DNA from: an uncultured bacterium
GTDB lineage: Bacteria > Krumholzibacteriota > Krumholzibacteriia > LZORAL124-64-63
DNA: 64,000 nt
NCBI GenBank assembly: GCA_963727525.1
Contig: CAVSGO010000007.1
Span: 1,088,001 to 1,152,000, forward strand
Direction: 5' to 3'
Shown: positions 41,066-50,477 of the stretch, one piece after another
Layout: every line of letters begins with the position of its first letter
How positions within the stretch are numbered: position 1 is the stretch's first letter
Position numbers and translations under genes: made by a program
The notes under the pieces: generated by a model
What the model was told of the DNA's origin: nothing
Databases searched by the model: none
Seen by the model: the letters and a program-made list of their open reading frames with translations, nothing else

Positions 41066-41740
41066 CTAGCTCTCCCACGTCCAGCGCGCCCACCAGTACG
41101 AACCGTAGCTCAGTCCCTCGGCCGCGATGGCACGGCAAAGGCGATCGGCCTCGCCACCCGGCTGGCGCCGCCGACCCGCCAGCCATCGCAGGATACGGTC
41201 CGGATCGGCCGGCCAGGTGTTCGTCGCCTGCCCGTCGAGCCAGTGGCCACCCCAGCCCCAGCTCTCGCGCGCGTCCCGGAACGTCGCGGCGGCCAGGAGC
41301 GGCTCCCGCCCGACACCGGCAAGTTGCGCCAGAAAGCCTTGCAGGTCGCGATAATTTCGCGCCGAGGCGGGTTCCCCCGCAGGCTCGTCCTCGAAGAGAT
41401 AGAGCGCGTGCCCGGCGGCCGGCAATAGCGACCAGGCCAGGGGGCCCCGGCCGCCACGAACCTGCGGCCAGACCTGACGCAGGAGGTTCGCCGCCACGAC
41501 GAGCGCGCAGGTTCCCTCGCGAACCGGCGGTCTCAGGGCATCACCGACGACCTGCGCCACCGTGCCGGCAGCCGGCCGCCGCCGGTCGAGCGTCACGACG
41601 TCGATGCCACGTTCGCGGAGCAGGGCGGTGAAGGCCCCGTCTCCGCAGCCGAGTTCCAGCACCGGCATGCGGCGTGCATCGGACCATGCAAGCGAGCCCA
41701 GATCGTCAAGAAACGTCCTGGGAAGAGGGAAGAAGGGCAT
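41066..41740 (-). CDS. Class I SAM-dependent methyltransferase
   Basis: VLELGCGDG motif I and VVGDA. Start uncertain because it overlaps the upstream gene. Confidence 0.75.
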   Translation of the reverse strand: MPFFPLPRTFLDDLGSLAWSDARRMPVLELGCGDGAFTALLRERGIDVVTLDRRRPAAGTVAQVVGDALRPPVREGTCALVVAANLLRQVWPQVRGGRGPLAWSLLPAAGHALYLFEDEPAGEPASARNYRDLQGFLAQLAGVGREPLLAAATFRDARESWGWGGHWLDGQATNTWPADPDRILRWLAGRRRQPGGEADRLCRAIAAEGLSYGSYWWARWTWES

Positions 41741-42995
41741 CGTCCGCAGCCTCGGACTTCGCCGGATGGCGTGTCGGGTTCGATGCGGGGTGGTGCACGA
41801 CCTCGGCCCCGCCCGCCGGCGTTACCCGCAACGTCGCCGCCGACTTGCGACCCGCGTGCAACTCGATCACCTCGGCCACGCGGCGTCCGCTCAGGCCGAT
41901 GTGCCCCTCGAGCCGATCATCGAGCCCGAGGGCGTAGAACAGCTCGGAGTAGAGATCCCACCCGTGCCTCCGGTTGCGCATATGCTGCCGCGCGCCGAGC
42001 TGCGCGGCCACCAGGCAGAGGCCGAGCGCCGGCAGACCGAGCCAGGCCTGCTGCAGGTAGTCGCTGAGAGCAAACAGCTCGAAACCCGCTGCCACGAGCA
42101 GCAGCGTCACCACGGCGCGCGCGGGCGTGAATCCCAGCCTCACGAGGCGGTGGTGCAGGTGGTTGTCATCGGCGAGGAAGATCGACGTGCGGTTGCGGCA
42201 GCGGCGTACGATCGTGGTCGCCGTGTCCCAGATGGGGACGATCATCGGCGCCAGCAGCGTCGTCACCGGCACGCCCGCCGAGCGGCTCAGATTCAGCATC
42301 AGCGAGCTGAGCACCAGCCCGAGCCACATGCTTCCGGAGTCGCCGAGGAAGATCTTGTGGCTGCTGACATTCCAGTAGAGGAAGGCCATCGTGCCGCCGG
42401 CCAGCGCCGCGGTCAGGAGCAGCGAGTAGCGATCGCCCACCGCGATCGAGATCGCCAGCAGGAACAGCGCGGCCAGCACGGTGATGCCGCTCGCCAGCCC
42501 GTCGAGGCCGTCGATGAGGTTCATCGAGTTGATGAATCCCAGGTACCAGAGCAGCGTGAATGGCCACGACCAGCCGCCGAGCTCGAAAGCCCCCAGCCCC
42601 GGCAACACGATGGTATCGAGCCGCTGCCCGGCCACCATCAGACCGAGGATGACCACGAGCTGGCCATACAGCTTGTTCTCGGCGTGGATCCCGAAGCGAT
42701 CGTCTCCGACCCCGAGCGCGAGGATCACGAGGCCGGCACCGCTGAGGATGCCCAGCCACGACCACGGCAACGGCATCTTCAACACCATGGTCTCGAGGAA
42801 GTACAGCGAGCAGAAGAAGGAGACGAAAATGGCCAGACCACCGGTACGCGGCACCGGCTCGCGGTGCGGGCGCCGACCCCCTGGATGGTCCACGATCTCC
42901 GTCAGGAATCCGAGGTTGCGAAAGTGGGGCTGGACCAGCCAGGACATGACGAAGGCTACCCCGAAACTCACCAGGGCGACGATCCCTCGCTCCAC
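41706..42995 (-). CDS. wecA: WecA/TagO (MraY-like) polyprenyl-phosphate GlcNAc-1-P transferase
   Basis: HREPVPRTGGLAI, GVGDD, NSMNLIDGLDGLA, FLGDSGS, DDNHLHHRL. GTG start behind GGAGGAG. Confidence 0.88.
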   Translation of the reverse strand: MERGIVALVSFGVAFVMSWLVQPHFRNLGFLTEIVDHPGGRRPHREPVPRTGGLAIFVSFFCSLYFLETMVLKMPLPWSWLGILSGAGLVILALGVGDDRFGIHAENKLYGQLVVILGLMVAGQRLDTIVLPGLGAFELGGWSWPFTLLWYLGFINSMNLIDGLDGLASGITVLAALFLLAISIAVGDRYSLLLTAALAGGTMAFLYWNVSSHKIFLGDSGSMWLGLVLSSLMLNLSRSAGVPVTTLLAPMIVPIWDTATTIVRRCRNRTSIFLADDNHLHHRLVRLGFTPARAVVTLLLVAAGFELFALSDYLQQAWLGLPALGLCLVAAQLGARQHMRNRRHGWDLYSELFYALGLDDRLEGHIGLSGRRVAEVIELHAGRKSAATLRVTPAGGAEVVHHPASNPTRHPAKSEAADDALLPSSQDVS

Positions 42996-43089
42996 ATCTC
43001 CTCCGTCGGTTGGCCCCGTTCCGTCAGGGCGTGATCGATCCGAGGTCGCCGCGAAGTTATCCCACAACGCCGCAACCGGCAACCCCAAT

Positions 43090-44244
43090 TTACAAAAGAC
43101 GTTCGCCGACTGCGGCCCCCTCCAGGACCCGCCGGTACACCGCCACGGTGGTCTCCGCGGTCCGCTCCCAGGTCCACTCGCGGGCGCGCGCGGCGCCGCG
43201 CCTGGCGAGATCCCGCGCCAGCGCCGGCTCGTCGACCAGTCGCGCCATGGCAGCCGCGATCGCGTCCGGACGGGCCGGATCCACCAGGAGGGCCGCATCG
43301 CCCGCCACCTCGGCCATGGCCCCACGATCTGCGGTCACGACCGGCAGTCCGGCGGCCATGGCCTCCAGGATCGGGAAGCCGAAGCCCTCGTGCAGCGACG
43401 GCATTAGCAAGCCACGGGCCGCGCCGTAATGACCCCAGAGCTGCGCCGTATCGCAGTAGTCGTGGACCGTGAGGGCGCCCGCGTGCCGGAATTCCTCGAT
43501 CCGGGCACGCAGGGCACTGTCCTTCCAGCCGCGCCCGCCGACCAGCACGAGCGAGGGCGTCGGCATCCCTGCGGCCCGCCGGGCATCGCGAAACCGGCTA
43601 TACGCCGCCAGCAGGCCCTCGACGTTCTTACGCGGCTCGAGCGTTCCCACGAAGAGGTAGGGCGCGTCGGCCGCGCGGGGCCGCGTGGTGGGTGGCTGAC
43701 GCCACACCCAGCTCGGCGTGCCGAACAGGGTGACCGCGACGCGGGCGCCGACGGCAGGGAATGTGGCGGCGACATCCGCGGCCGTCGCCGCCGAGTTGCA
43801 GACCACCGCGGCCGCGCGTCCCAGGGTGCGCGGCACCAGGAGACGATAGTAAGTGAGTCGAGGCTCCTCGATCGTGTCCGGGAAATGCCGGTAGCCCAGA
43901 TCGTGCACCGTCACCACCTGCGGGCAGGGTGCGCGCAGCGGGCCCACGAACTGCAGACAGTGCAGGAGGTCGGCGCGAAGGCGGCGCAACAGACGTGGGA
44001 GTGCGATCTGCGTGTAAAGCGCCTTGCGCAGGGTCCCGCCGCGCGCGCCGGCGCAGGACAGCACGGTCCAGTGCGGCGCCCCGTGCAGGTGCGCGAAGAG
44101 CTCCGGATGCGTGGCGAGCACGGTGAAGGCCAGGCCGCGGTCCGAGTTAGCCAGCGCCGCCGTGAGCTCCAGGATCGCGCGTCCGACTCCGGTGGGCTGC
44201 GGCCGCACGAGCAACGCATCCAGCACGACGTGGGGGCGCGTCAA
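43090..44244 (-). CDS. GT4 (Glycos_transf_1) glycosyltransferase
   Basis: VVTVHDL, FVGTLEPRKN, PSLHEGFGFPILEAMAAG. TTG start overlaps the upstream stop. Confidence 0.93.
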   Translation of the reverse strand: MTRPHVVLDALLVRPQPTGVGRAILELTAALANSDRGLAFTVLATHPELFAHLHGAPHWTVLSCAGARGGTLRKALYTQIALPRLLRRLRADLLHCLQFVGPLRAPCPQVVTVHDLGYRHFPDTIEEPRLTYYRLLVPRTLGRAAAVVCNSAATAADVAATFPAVGARVAVTLFGTPSWVWRQPPTTRPRAADAPYLFVGTLEPRKNVEGLLAAYSRFRDARRAAGMPTPSLVLVGGRGWKDSALRARIEEFRHAGALTVHDYCDTAQLWGHYGAARGLLMPSLHEGFGFPILEAMAAGLPVVTADRGAMAEVAGDAALLVDPARPDAIAAAMARLVDEPALARDLARRGAARAREWTWERTAETTVAVYRRVLEGAAVGERLL

Positions 44245-45626
44245 CGGTTCGCCTCCCGGTCCCTCACGTCCTGGAGGGCCGCGAGCCACAGCCCCAGCGC
44301 GATACCGAGATGCGGCAGGTTGTACTGGGAAAACGTCAGCAATTGCACTGCCACGCCCACGGCCGCGGTCGCCGTGGCCACGATGCGCAGCCGCGCAGCG
44401 CCATCGGCCCGCGGAAGCAGGCGCCACGTCGTGCGCAATGGTTGCCACGAGAGCAGCACCAGCACCACGAAGCCCGCGAGCCCGGTCTCGCACAGCACTT
44501 CCAGCGGGAAGTTGTTCACGACGGGCCAGCTGAACTGGCTCTGCAATCCGAACGCGTCCACCAGCAGCGGGAAGTGGAAGGCGAACTGCCCCCAGCCCAC
44601 ACCCACCAGCGGACTCGCGAGGAACGCGCGCCACCCCGCCTGCATGCTGTACATGCGCGTCAGGTTCGACCAGTCGCCTCGGTCGAAGCTCTGCAGCAAG
44701 CGTTTCACTGGCCACAGCAGCGCATCGGGCCCCGCGATCACCGCGGCAACGACCGCCAGCGCCACGAGCGACGCGAGGCCGACCAGCAGCAGCGACCGGA
44801 GCGCCAGCGGCAGGCCGCCGCGACGCCGCAGAACGAGCCACACCACGACGGCGACACCCGCCGCGAGGATGGCACCGCGCGACCAGGTGGCGACGAGCAG
44901 CATGCAACCCAGCGCCCAGACCAGCCGCGCGCAGCGTCGGTCATGGAGAGTCAACGCCAGGACCGGGAGGATGGCCAGGAGCAGACTGCCGAGGTACAGC
45001 GGCTCGCACATGGTGCCACGCAGCCGGGGCACGCCCCGGAACATCCCGGCCAGGTACAGCTCCGGACTGCCGCTGAGGATCGCGGGATTGCTCGTGGCCA
45101 AGCGATCGATCGCGGCATAGCCGGGGAGCGGGTGCACGAATGCGACTCCCTGCAGCAGCGCATAGATCTCCTGGCCGGCAAGGACGACCAGGAGCGCTGT
45201 CAGCGTCGTGCGCCAGCGGCCGTCACCGCGCGTCCACAGCGCCGGGTATAGGACGAATCCCGCCATCACACCCACCTGGATCACCTGCCGGACGTAACGC
45301 GGCCATGCCTGTCCGACACTTCCGACAGCAGGCGTCCGCACGATGCCCAACGCCGAGACGCCGAGGGCGAGCGCGACGAGCCCTCCCGCCTTCACCAGCC
45401 CACGCCCATCCCCCGCACGCCACCGCGCCACGACACCATCGCGTCCTCGGCGGGTGCCGAGCATCGCCGCGCGCAAGGCGATCGCGACGGCCAGACAGAG
45501 GTACGCCGGCTGTAGCCCGGCGCCGACATCATGTCCCGTGAGCACGTGGATCACCCCGACCCCGGCCAGCGGCATGGTCAGCAACGCCGCGAGGTAGCAG
45601 GTGTCCGCCAGACGCGTCAATGTCAT
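44241..45626 (-). CDS. O-antigen ligase/polymerase (Wzy_C) family membrane protein
   Basis: About 10 TM helices, RLRGTMCEP, TWSRGA, SNLTR, PLVGVGWGQF, ETGLAG. Confidence 0.85.
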   Translation of the reverse strand: MTLTRLADTCYLAALLTMPLAGVGVIHVLTGHDVGAGLQPAYLCLAVAIALRAAMLGTRRGRDGVVARWRAGDGRGLVKAGGLVALALGVSALGIVRTPAVGSVGQAWPRYVRQVIQVGVMAGFVLYPALWTRGDGRWRTTLTALLVVLAGQEIYALLQGVAFVHPLPGYAAIDRLATSNPAILSGSPELYLAGMFRGVPRLRGTMCEPLYLGSLLLAILPVLALTLHDRRCARLVWALGCMLLVATWSRGAILAAGVAVVVWLVLRRRGGLPLALRSLLLVGLASLVALAVVAAVIAGPDALLWPVKRLLQSFDRGDWSNLTRMYSMQAGWRAFLASPLVGVGWGQFAFHFPLLVDAFGLQSQFSWPVVNNFPLEVLCETGLAGFVVLVLLSWQPLRTTWRLLPRADGAARLRIVATATAAVGVAVQLLTFSQYNLPHLGIALGLWLAALQDVRDREANR

Positions 45627-46183
45627 CGCGACCGCGTCCGTCGGCGCAGGTTGAGCAACAGGACCCAGGTGCCCAGCACGATGCCCGCCAGGAGCAGATA
45701 GCTCGCGTGGGTATTCTTGGGGTGCGAGGGCCGTGCGTAGACGACGAGTCCGGTCTCCACGTCGAGCGTCCCGGACGTCAGGTACGCCGCCATGCGGCCG
45801 TCGGTGAGCAGCAGGGGTTCATCGAGATCGTAACGGCCCGGCGCGAGGTCGAAGCGGCCGCGAGCGGTGATGCCCGACAGACCCGGGAGCGTCGCCACGG
45901 CGAGATCGTCGGCGCCATACGGTTCGCAGGCAAGCGAATCGGGCATGGTCACGACACCCGACTCCCAGACCAGCGCGCGCTGGCCACTACCCACCAGATC
46001 CGTGGCGCGCAAGGCGCCCACGCTGTCCGCCGCCGCCTTGAACACGAACAGCCCTCCGGACGCCTCGGCCACCGCAGCGGCGCCCAGCAGGAGCACGGCG
46101 AGACCGAGCGTGCCCACCCGGTTCACGACGCGCGCCCGATGCCGGTGATCGACAGGAAGGATGTCGAGACGACGCATGTCCAT
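45623..46183 (-). CDS. Hypothetical secreted protein with C-terminal TM anchor and basic tail
   Basis: Signal-like N-terminus and C-terminal YLLLAGIVLGTWVLLLNLRRRTRSR. Overlaps the downstream start. Confidence 0.65.
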   Translation of the reverse strand: MDMRRLDILPVDHRHRARVVNRVGTLGLAVLLLGAAAVAEASGGLFVFKAAADSVGALRATDLVGSGQRALVWESGVVTMPDSLACEPYGADDLAVATLPGLSGITARGRFDLAPGRYDLDEPLLLTDGRMAAYLTSGTLDVETGLVVYARPSHPKNTHASYLLLAGIVLGTWVLLLNLRRRTRSR

Positions 46184-46231
46184 GGCCGGGCACGATAGAC
46201 CGCCCCGGGGCCGGAACTCAAGCGGAACCTG

Positions 46232-46783
46232 TCACGCCGACGCCATCAGGAATCGACGCGTCAGGCGACGGATCCCCGCGTCGAGCGGCTCCTCGTCGAA
46301 ACCGAGGGCGAGGACGCGAAGCCCTCGGCGCCCCGCGAGAGCCTTCGCCTGGATCGACGACCAGCCGGGCATGTCCACCTGGGCCGGCGGCGCCAGCGGC
46401 GACCTGACGGGCACCACGAGCACCGTCACCCGGGACGCCGTGACGAGCGATTCCAGACGTCCCAGATCGGCCGCGACGCGCGCCAGGCTCGCCTGCTTGC
46501 TCGTGATGCACCAGACCAGTTCCGCACAGCCCCCATGGCCGTGCGGCGGCGCGACGGGCGGTCGCCCGGTGCGCTCCCAGTGATCGAGAAGTTGCGGGTA
46601 GATGCGTCCGAGGTCCCACGCCGGCCGCGTGGAATCAGCGAGCGCCGTGGCCACGCGAGCGCTGAGCGCCGCGGTGCTCTGAGTGGCCACGACGATCGAC
46701 GGTAGCCCCATGTCCGACGTTGCCGGCGCTCTGTCGCGAAGCAGGAGATCCCCCTGGGTATCGCTGTGGTGACGGTGGGTCAT
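46232..46783 (-). CDS. Hypothetical protein
   Basis: 183-aa ORF filling the gap in a co-directional run. No motif recognised. Confidence 0.5.
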   Translation of the reverse strand: MTHRHHSDTQGDLLLRDRAPATSDMGLPSIVVATQSTAALSARVATALADSTRPAWDLGRIYPQLLDHWERTGRPPVAPPHGHGGCAELVWCITSKQASLARVAADLGRLESLVTASRVTVLVVPVRSPLAPPAQVDMPGWSSIQAKALAGRRGLRVLALGFDEEPLDAGIRRLTRRFLMASA

Positions 46784-46899
46784 CGCATGGCCTCGAAGAC
46801 ACGAAGGTCAGCGGAGCGGGCGAACGGACCGCTGGCAGGCTGTCTCGTGGCGAGCGTATCACCGCACTCAGGGCCGTTGTCAAGCAGGTAATGATTCCC

Positions 46900-47316
46900 T
46901 CAGATCACTGCGAGAGCGAAGAGTCCGCCCCACATCGCACCCCCGGCCACCTCGGCCCAGGTGTGTCCCATGAGTTCGCGCAGGCGCTCGCGATCGACCT
47001 CCTGGTGCGCCAGGAGCGTGTCCGAAAGGTCGTTCAGCAGGCGCGCCTGCTGCCCCACTTCCTGCCGCAGGCCGGTGGCCTCGAAGATGACGTAGATGGC
47101 AAATACGAGGACGAGGCTGAACACCGGCGCGTGGACGCCAGCGTCGTGGCCGACGAGGAAGGTGAGCGTGGTCACTGCCGAGGTGTGCGAGCTCGGCATG
47201 CCACCGTTGGTCAGGAACAGGCCCGGGCGCCAGCGACGGTGGCGGATCAGTTCGACCACGACCTTTGCCGCCTGGGCGGAGAGGCCGCTGAGGATGGCCA
47301 GTAGCCCGGCATTCAC
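46900..47316 (-). CDS. Divergent PAP2-family (DUF212) membrane protein
   Basis: AQAAK, GGMPSSHTS, EATGLRQEVG, ELMGHTWAEV. Confidence 0.9.
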   Translation of the reverse strand: MNAGLLAILSGLSAQAAKVVVELIRHRRWRPGLFLTNGGMPSSHTSAVTTLTFLVGHDAGVHAPVFSLVLVFAIYVIFEATGLRQEVGQQARLLNDLSDTLLAHQEVDRERLRELMGHTWAEVAGGAMWGGLFALAVI

Positions 47317-47618
47317 TCCCGCACTCCTCCTCGCCGATCCGGACCCGGCGGACGGTATCCGGGATTCGCGTGCGGAACCGCCTGTCGTCCCTCGGTTTTC
47401 TCCCGCGATGGCCGATCGCCGTCGCGGGCCAAGGTAGAGTCGAACGGCCTATTTCGCCGCCCGCGCCCCGAATTGCCGCCCGGACCTTGAGAAATCACCG
47501 CAAGTTGTGTTATCTTGGTCCGTCCTGTTGCTATGAATCGACTCCCGAGTCCGGGCCAGGCCCGGCGCCGGGAACGACTGTGTCAGGCATCGACCTGGCG
47601 CCCAGGGAGACTGTCGCG

Positions 47619-49430
47619 ATGTTCAAGTTCCTCCGCTCCAAAGCCAAGTACTTCTACTGGGTGATCGCAGCCACGTTCGTTGCCTTCATCTTCCTGGCCT
47701 GGGGTATGGACGTGATGGGTCGCCGCGGGGGACCGCGCGTATCCGGCAATGCCGTCGGTTCGGTGAATGGGATCGAGATCCCCTTCGATCAGTACCAGCA
47801 GACCCTCCGCCAGCTCGAAAACCAGGTGCGGCAACGTGGCAACGATACGGAGATCTCCGCCAACCAGCGGGCGGCAATGCGCAAGCAAGCGTGGGACCAG
47901 TCGGTGCGTACGGTCATCGTTGACCAGGAACTCGATCGTCTCGGCATCGGCGTGAGCGACGAGGAAGTCGTCGACATCTTCAAGAACAACCCGCCGCCGG
48001 AGATCCTCCAGGCCTATGCCGACTCGACGGGTCGTCCAGACCTCAACGCCTATTACGCCGATCTCAACAACCCAGCGCGCGACTGGTCGCGCATGGAGCA
48101 GTACGTGCGCTATCTCGTGCCGCGCCAGAAGCTCGAGCGCATCCTCACCGCGGACGTGGTCGTGGGCGACGACGAGGTGCGCGAAGCGTTCGCGCGGCAG
48201 ACCGGCCGCGCCGTCGTCGAGTACATGGGCGTGCCTTACTCCCAGGTGAAGGACGACTACGAGCCGAGCGACAGCGAGATCCAGGCGTACTACGACGAGC
48301 ACAAGGGCGAGTACAACCGCGGCCCCCAGGCGCGCTGCAAGGTGGCCGTGTGGCCGAAGAAGCCGAGCCAGGCCGACTTCGACGACGTCCGCCAGATGGC
48401 CATGGACGTGAAACACGAGATCGAGTCCGGCGCCAAGACCTTCGCCGAAGCCGCGGAGATCTACAGCGAGGACGGCACCGCACAGAACGGCGGCGACCTC
48501 GGAACATTCGACCGCAATCGCATGGTCGAGCCCTTCACGAACGTCGCGTTCAACCTGCCCATCGGCCAGGTCAGCGATCCCGTGCAGACACAGTTCGGCT
48601 ACCATCTCATCGAGGTGCTCGAGCGTTTCGAGACGGACGGCAAGGTGGATCGCGTCCACGCGCGCCACATCCTCATCCGCGTCACGCCCGGCGAGGCGAC
48701 GGTCGACGCCCTGCATGATCGCGTCGAGGACTTCCGCAACGAGGTGACGGCGGCGACGTTCGCCACGGCCGCCCAGGCCGATACCACCTGCACGCTGATG
48801 GAACCGCAGCCGTTCATCGACGGGCGTGACATTCCCGGCGTGCGCCAGTCGGCCGCCGGCGCCAATTTCGCATTCCGCGCCGCGCCCGACGAGGTCAGCC
48901 CGGTCCTCGCCACCGACGACCAGTTCTATCTCGTCCTCGCCGAGGGCGTCGACCCGGCAGGCCCGCAGCCGCTGGAGAAGGTGCAGGCGCAGGTCACGCT
49001 GGCGTTGAAGCAAGAGCGCCAGCGCAAGGCCGCCACCGAGAAGCTGTCGCCCGCAGTGGGTCAGGTGCAGATGGGCGAGGCCATGGCCAAGGTCGCAGCA
49101 AGCGCCGACCTCACCCACGCCGTGTCCGACACGCTTACCCAGAGTACCCACGTCGCCGATGTCGGCTATGCGCCGGCGTTCAACCTGCTCGCCATCGAGT
49201 CCAAGCCCGGCACGCTCGTCCCCGACCTGCCGACCCCGGTCGGTGTCTTTGCCTTCAAGGTACTCTGGAGTGCGCCCCTGGACTCCACGCGCTACACGCT
49301 GGTCAAGGATCAGCTCCGCGCCCAGCTCACGATGCGCAAGCAGCAGGCCGTCATGGAAGATTGGTTCCAGTCCCAGATCGCGAAATCCAAGGTGGTCGAT
49401 CTGCGGGACAAGGTGCTGGGCGGGGCCTAA
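47619..49430 (+). CDS. ppiD: PpiD/SurA-like membrane-anchored chaperone with parvulin PPIase domain
   Basis: MFKFLRSK with TM, VGSVNGIEI, FAEAAEIYSED...GGDLG...VQTQFGYHLI. Confidence 0.88.
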   Translation: MFKFLRSKAKYFYWVIAATFVAFIFLAWGMDVMGRRGGPRVSGNAVGSVNGIEIPFDQYQQTLRQLENQVRQRGNDTEISANQRAAMRKQAWDQSVRTVIVDQELDRLGIGVSDEEVVDIFKNNPPPEILQAYADSTGRPDLNAYYADLNNPARDWSRMEQYVRYLVPRQKLERILTADVVVGDDEVREAFARQTGRAVVEYMGVPYSQVKDDYEPSDSEIQAYYDEHKGEYNRGPQARCKVAVWPKKPSQADFDDVRQMAMDVKHEIESGAKTFAEAAEIYSEDGTAQNGGDLGTFDRNRMVEPFTNVAFNLPIGQVSDPVQTQFGYHLIEVLERFETDGKVDRVHARHILIRVTPGEATVDALHDRVEDFRNEVTAATFATAAQADTTCTLMEPQPFIDGRDIPGVRQSAAGANFAFRAAPDEVSPVLATDDQFYLVLAEGVDPAGPQPLEKVQAQVTLALKQERQRKAATEKLSPAVGQVQMGEAMAKVAASADLTHAVSDTLTQSTHVADVGYAPAFNLLAIESKPGTLVPDLPTPVGVFAFKVLWSAPLDSTRYTLVKDQLRAQLTMRKQQAVMEDWFQSQIAKSKVVDLRDKVLGGA

Positions 49431-49432
49431 GA

Positions 49433-50477
49433 GGCGGACCTGAAGAGGCACGAACGACCGCTGGTCCTCGCAGAGCCTGCGGGGGCGGTCGTTCGTGCCT
49501 CTTCAGGTCCGCCGGAACGTTGACCCCACCCTCGTCGCGGGTTCGGACCTTCTCCGGTGTTCCTTATCCAGCAAATGCTTGTTGCGGCCTTGCGGGAGAG
49601 GATTGGGGGCACGAACGACCGCTGGTCCTCGCAGAGCCTGCGGGGGCGGTCGTTCGTGCCTCTTCAGGTCCGCCGGAACGTTGACCCTACCCTCGTCGCG
49701 GGTTCGGACCTTCTCCGGTGTTCCTTATCCAGCAAATGCTTGTTGCGGCCTTGCGGGAGAGGATTGGGGGCACGAACGACCGCTGGTCCTCGCAGAGCCT
49801 GCGGGGGCGGTCGTTCGTGCCTCTTCAGGTCCGCCGGAACGTTGACCCCACCCTCGTCGCGGGTTCGGACCTCCCTCGTAGGTCCTTCACCAGCAAGTGC
49901 TTGATATTGCCTTGCGGGAGAGGAATGGGGGTACGAACGACCGCTGGTCCTCGCAGAGCCTGCGGGGGCGGTCGTTTCGTGTCTCTTCAGGTCCGCCGGA
50001 ACGTTGGGCCCACCCTCGTCGCGGAATCGGAGCTCCCTCGGCGTTCCCTCCCCAGCAAGTGCTTGATACCTTGCGGGAAGAGGGTTGAGGACGCGAAGGG
50101 ACACTGGTCCTGCCAGAGCCTGCGGGAGCGGTCGTTCGTGCCTCTTCAGGTCCGCCGGAACGTTGCCCCCCCTCGTCGTGGCTTCGGAACTCCCTCGGCG
50201 TCCCCTCCCCAGCAAGTGCTCGTTACGGCCTTGCGGGAGGAGGGTTGAGGACGCGAAGGGACGCTGGTCCTCGCAGAGCCTGCGGGAGCGGTCGTTCGTG
50301 CCTCTTCAGGTCCGCCGGAACGTTGCCCCCCCTCGTCGTGGCTTCGGAACTCCCTCGGCGTCCCCTCCCCAGCAAGTGCTCGTTACGGCCTTGCGGGAGG
50401 AGGGTTGAGGACGCGAAGGGACGCCCCCGCAGGCTTTGCGAGGACCAGCGTCCCTTCGCGTCCTCAACCCTCCTCCC
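49433..50477. repeat. Structured tandem repeat array (six 160/161-bp units plus an inverted terminal core; REP/BIME-like)
   Basis: Core GCTGGTCCTCGCAGAGCCTGCGGG(G/A)GC at 49460, 49621, 49782, 49943, 50103 (variant) and 50263, inverted at 50423. Perfect 29-bp and 30-bp stems at the two ends. Confidence 0.95.

Noticed and set aside
49427-50408. ORFs within the tandem array (e.g. 49495-49845, 49718-50248, 49664-50215)
   Set aside because: The 160/161-bp period shifts frame each unit, so the same peptides appear in different frames. No RBS or domain support.
49433-50477. CRISPR array
   Set aside because: Inter-core segments are about 135 bp and homologous or identical to each other rather than unique spacers. 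No cas genes or leader in the window.
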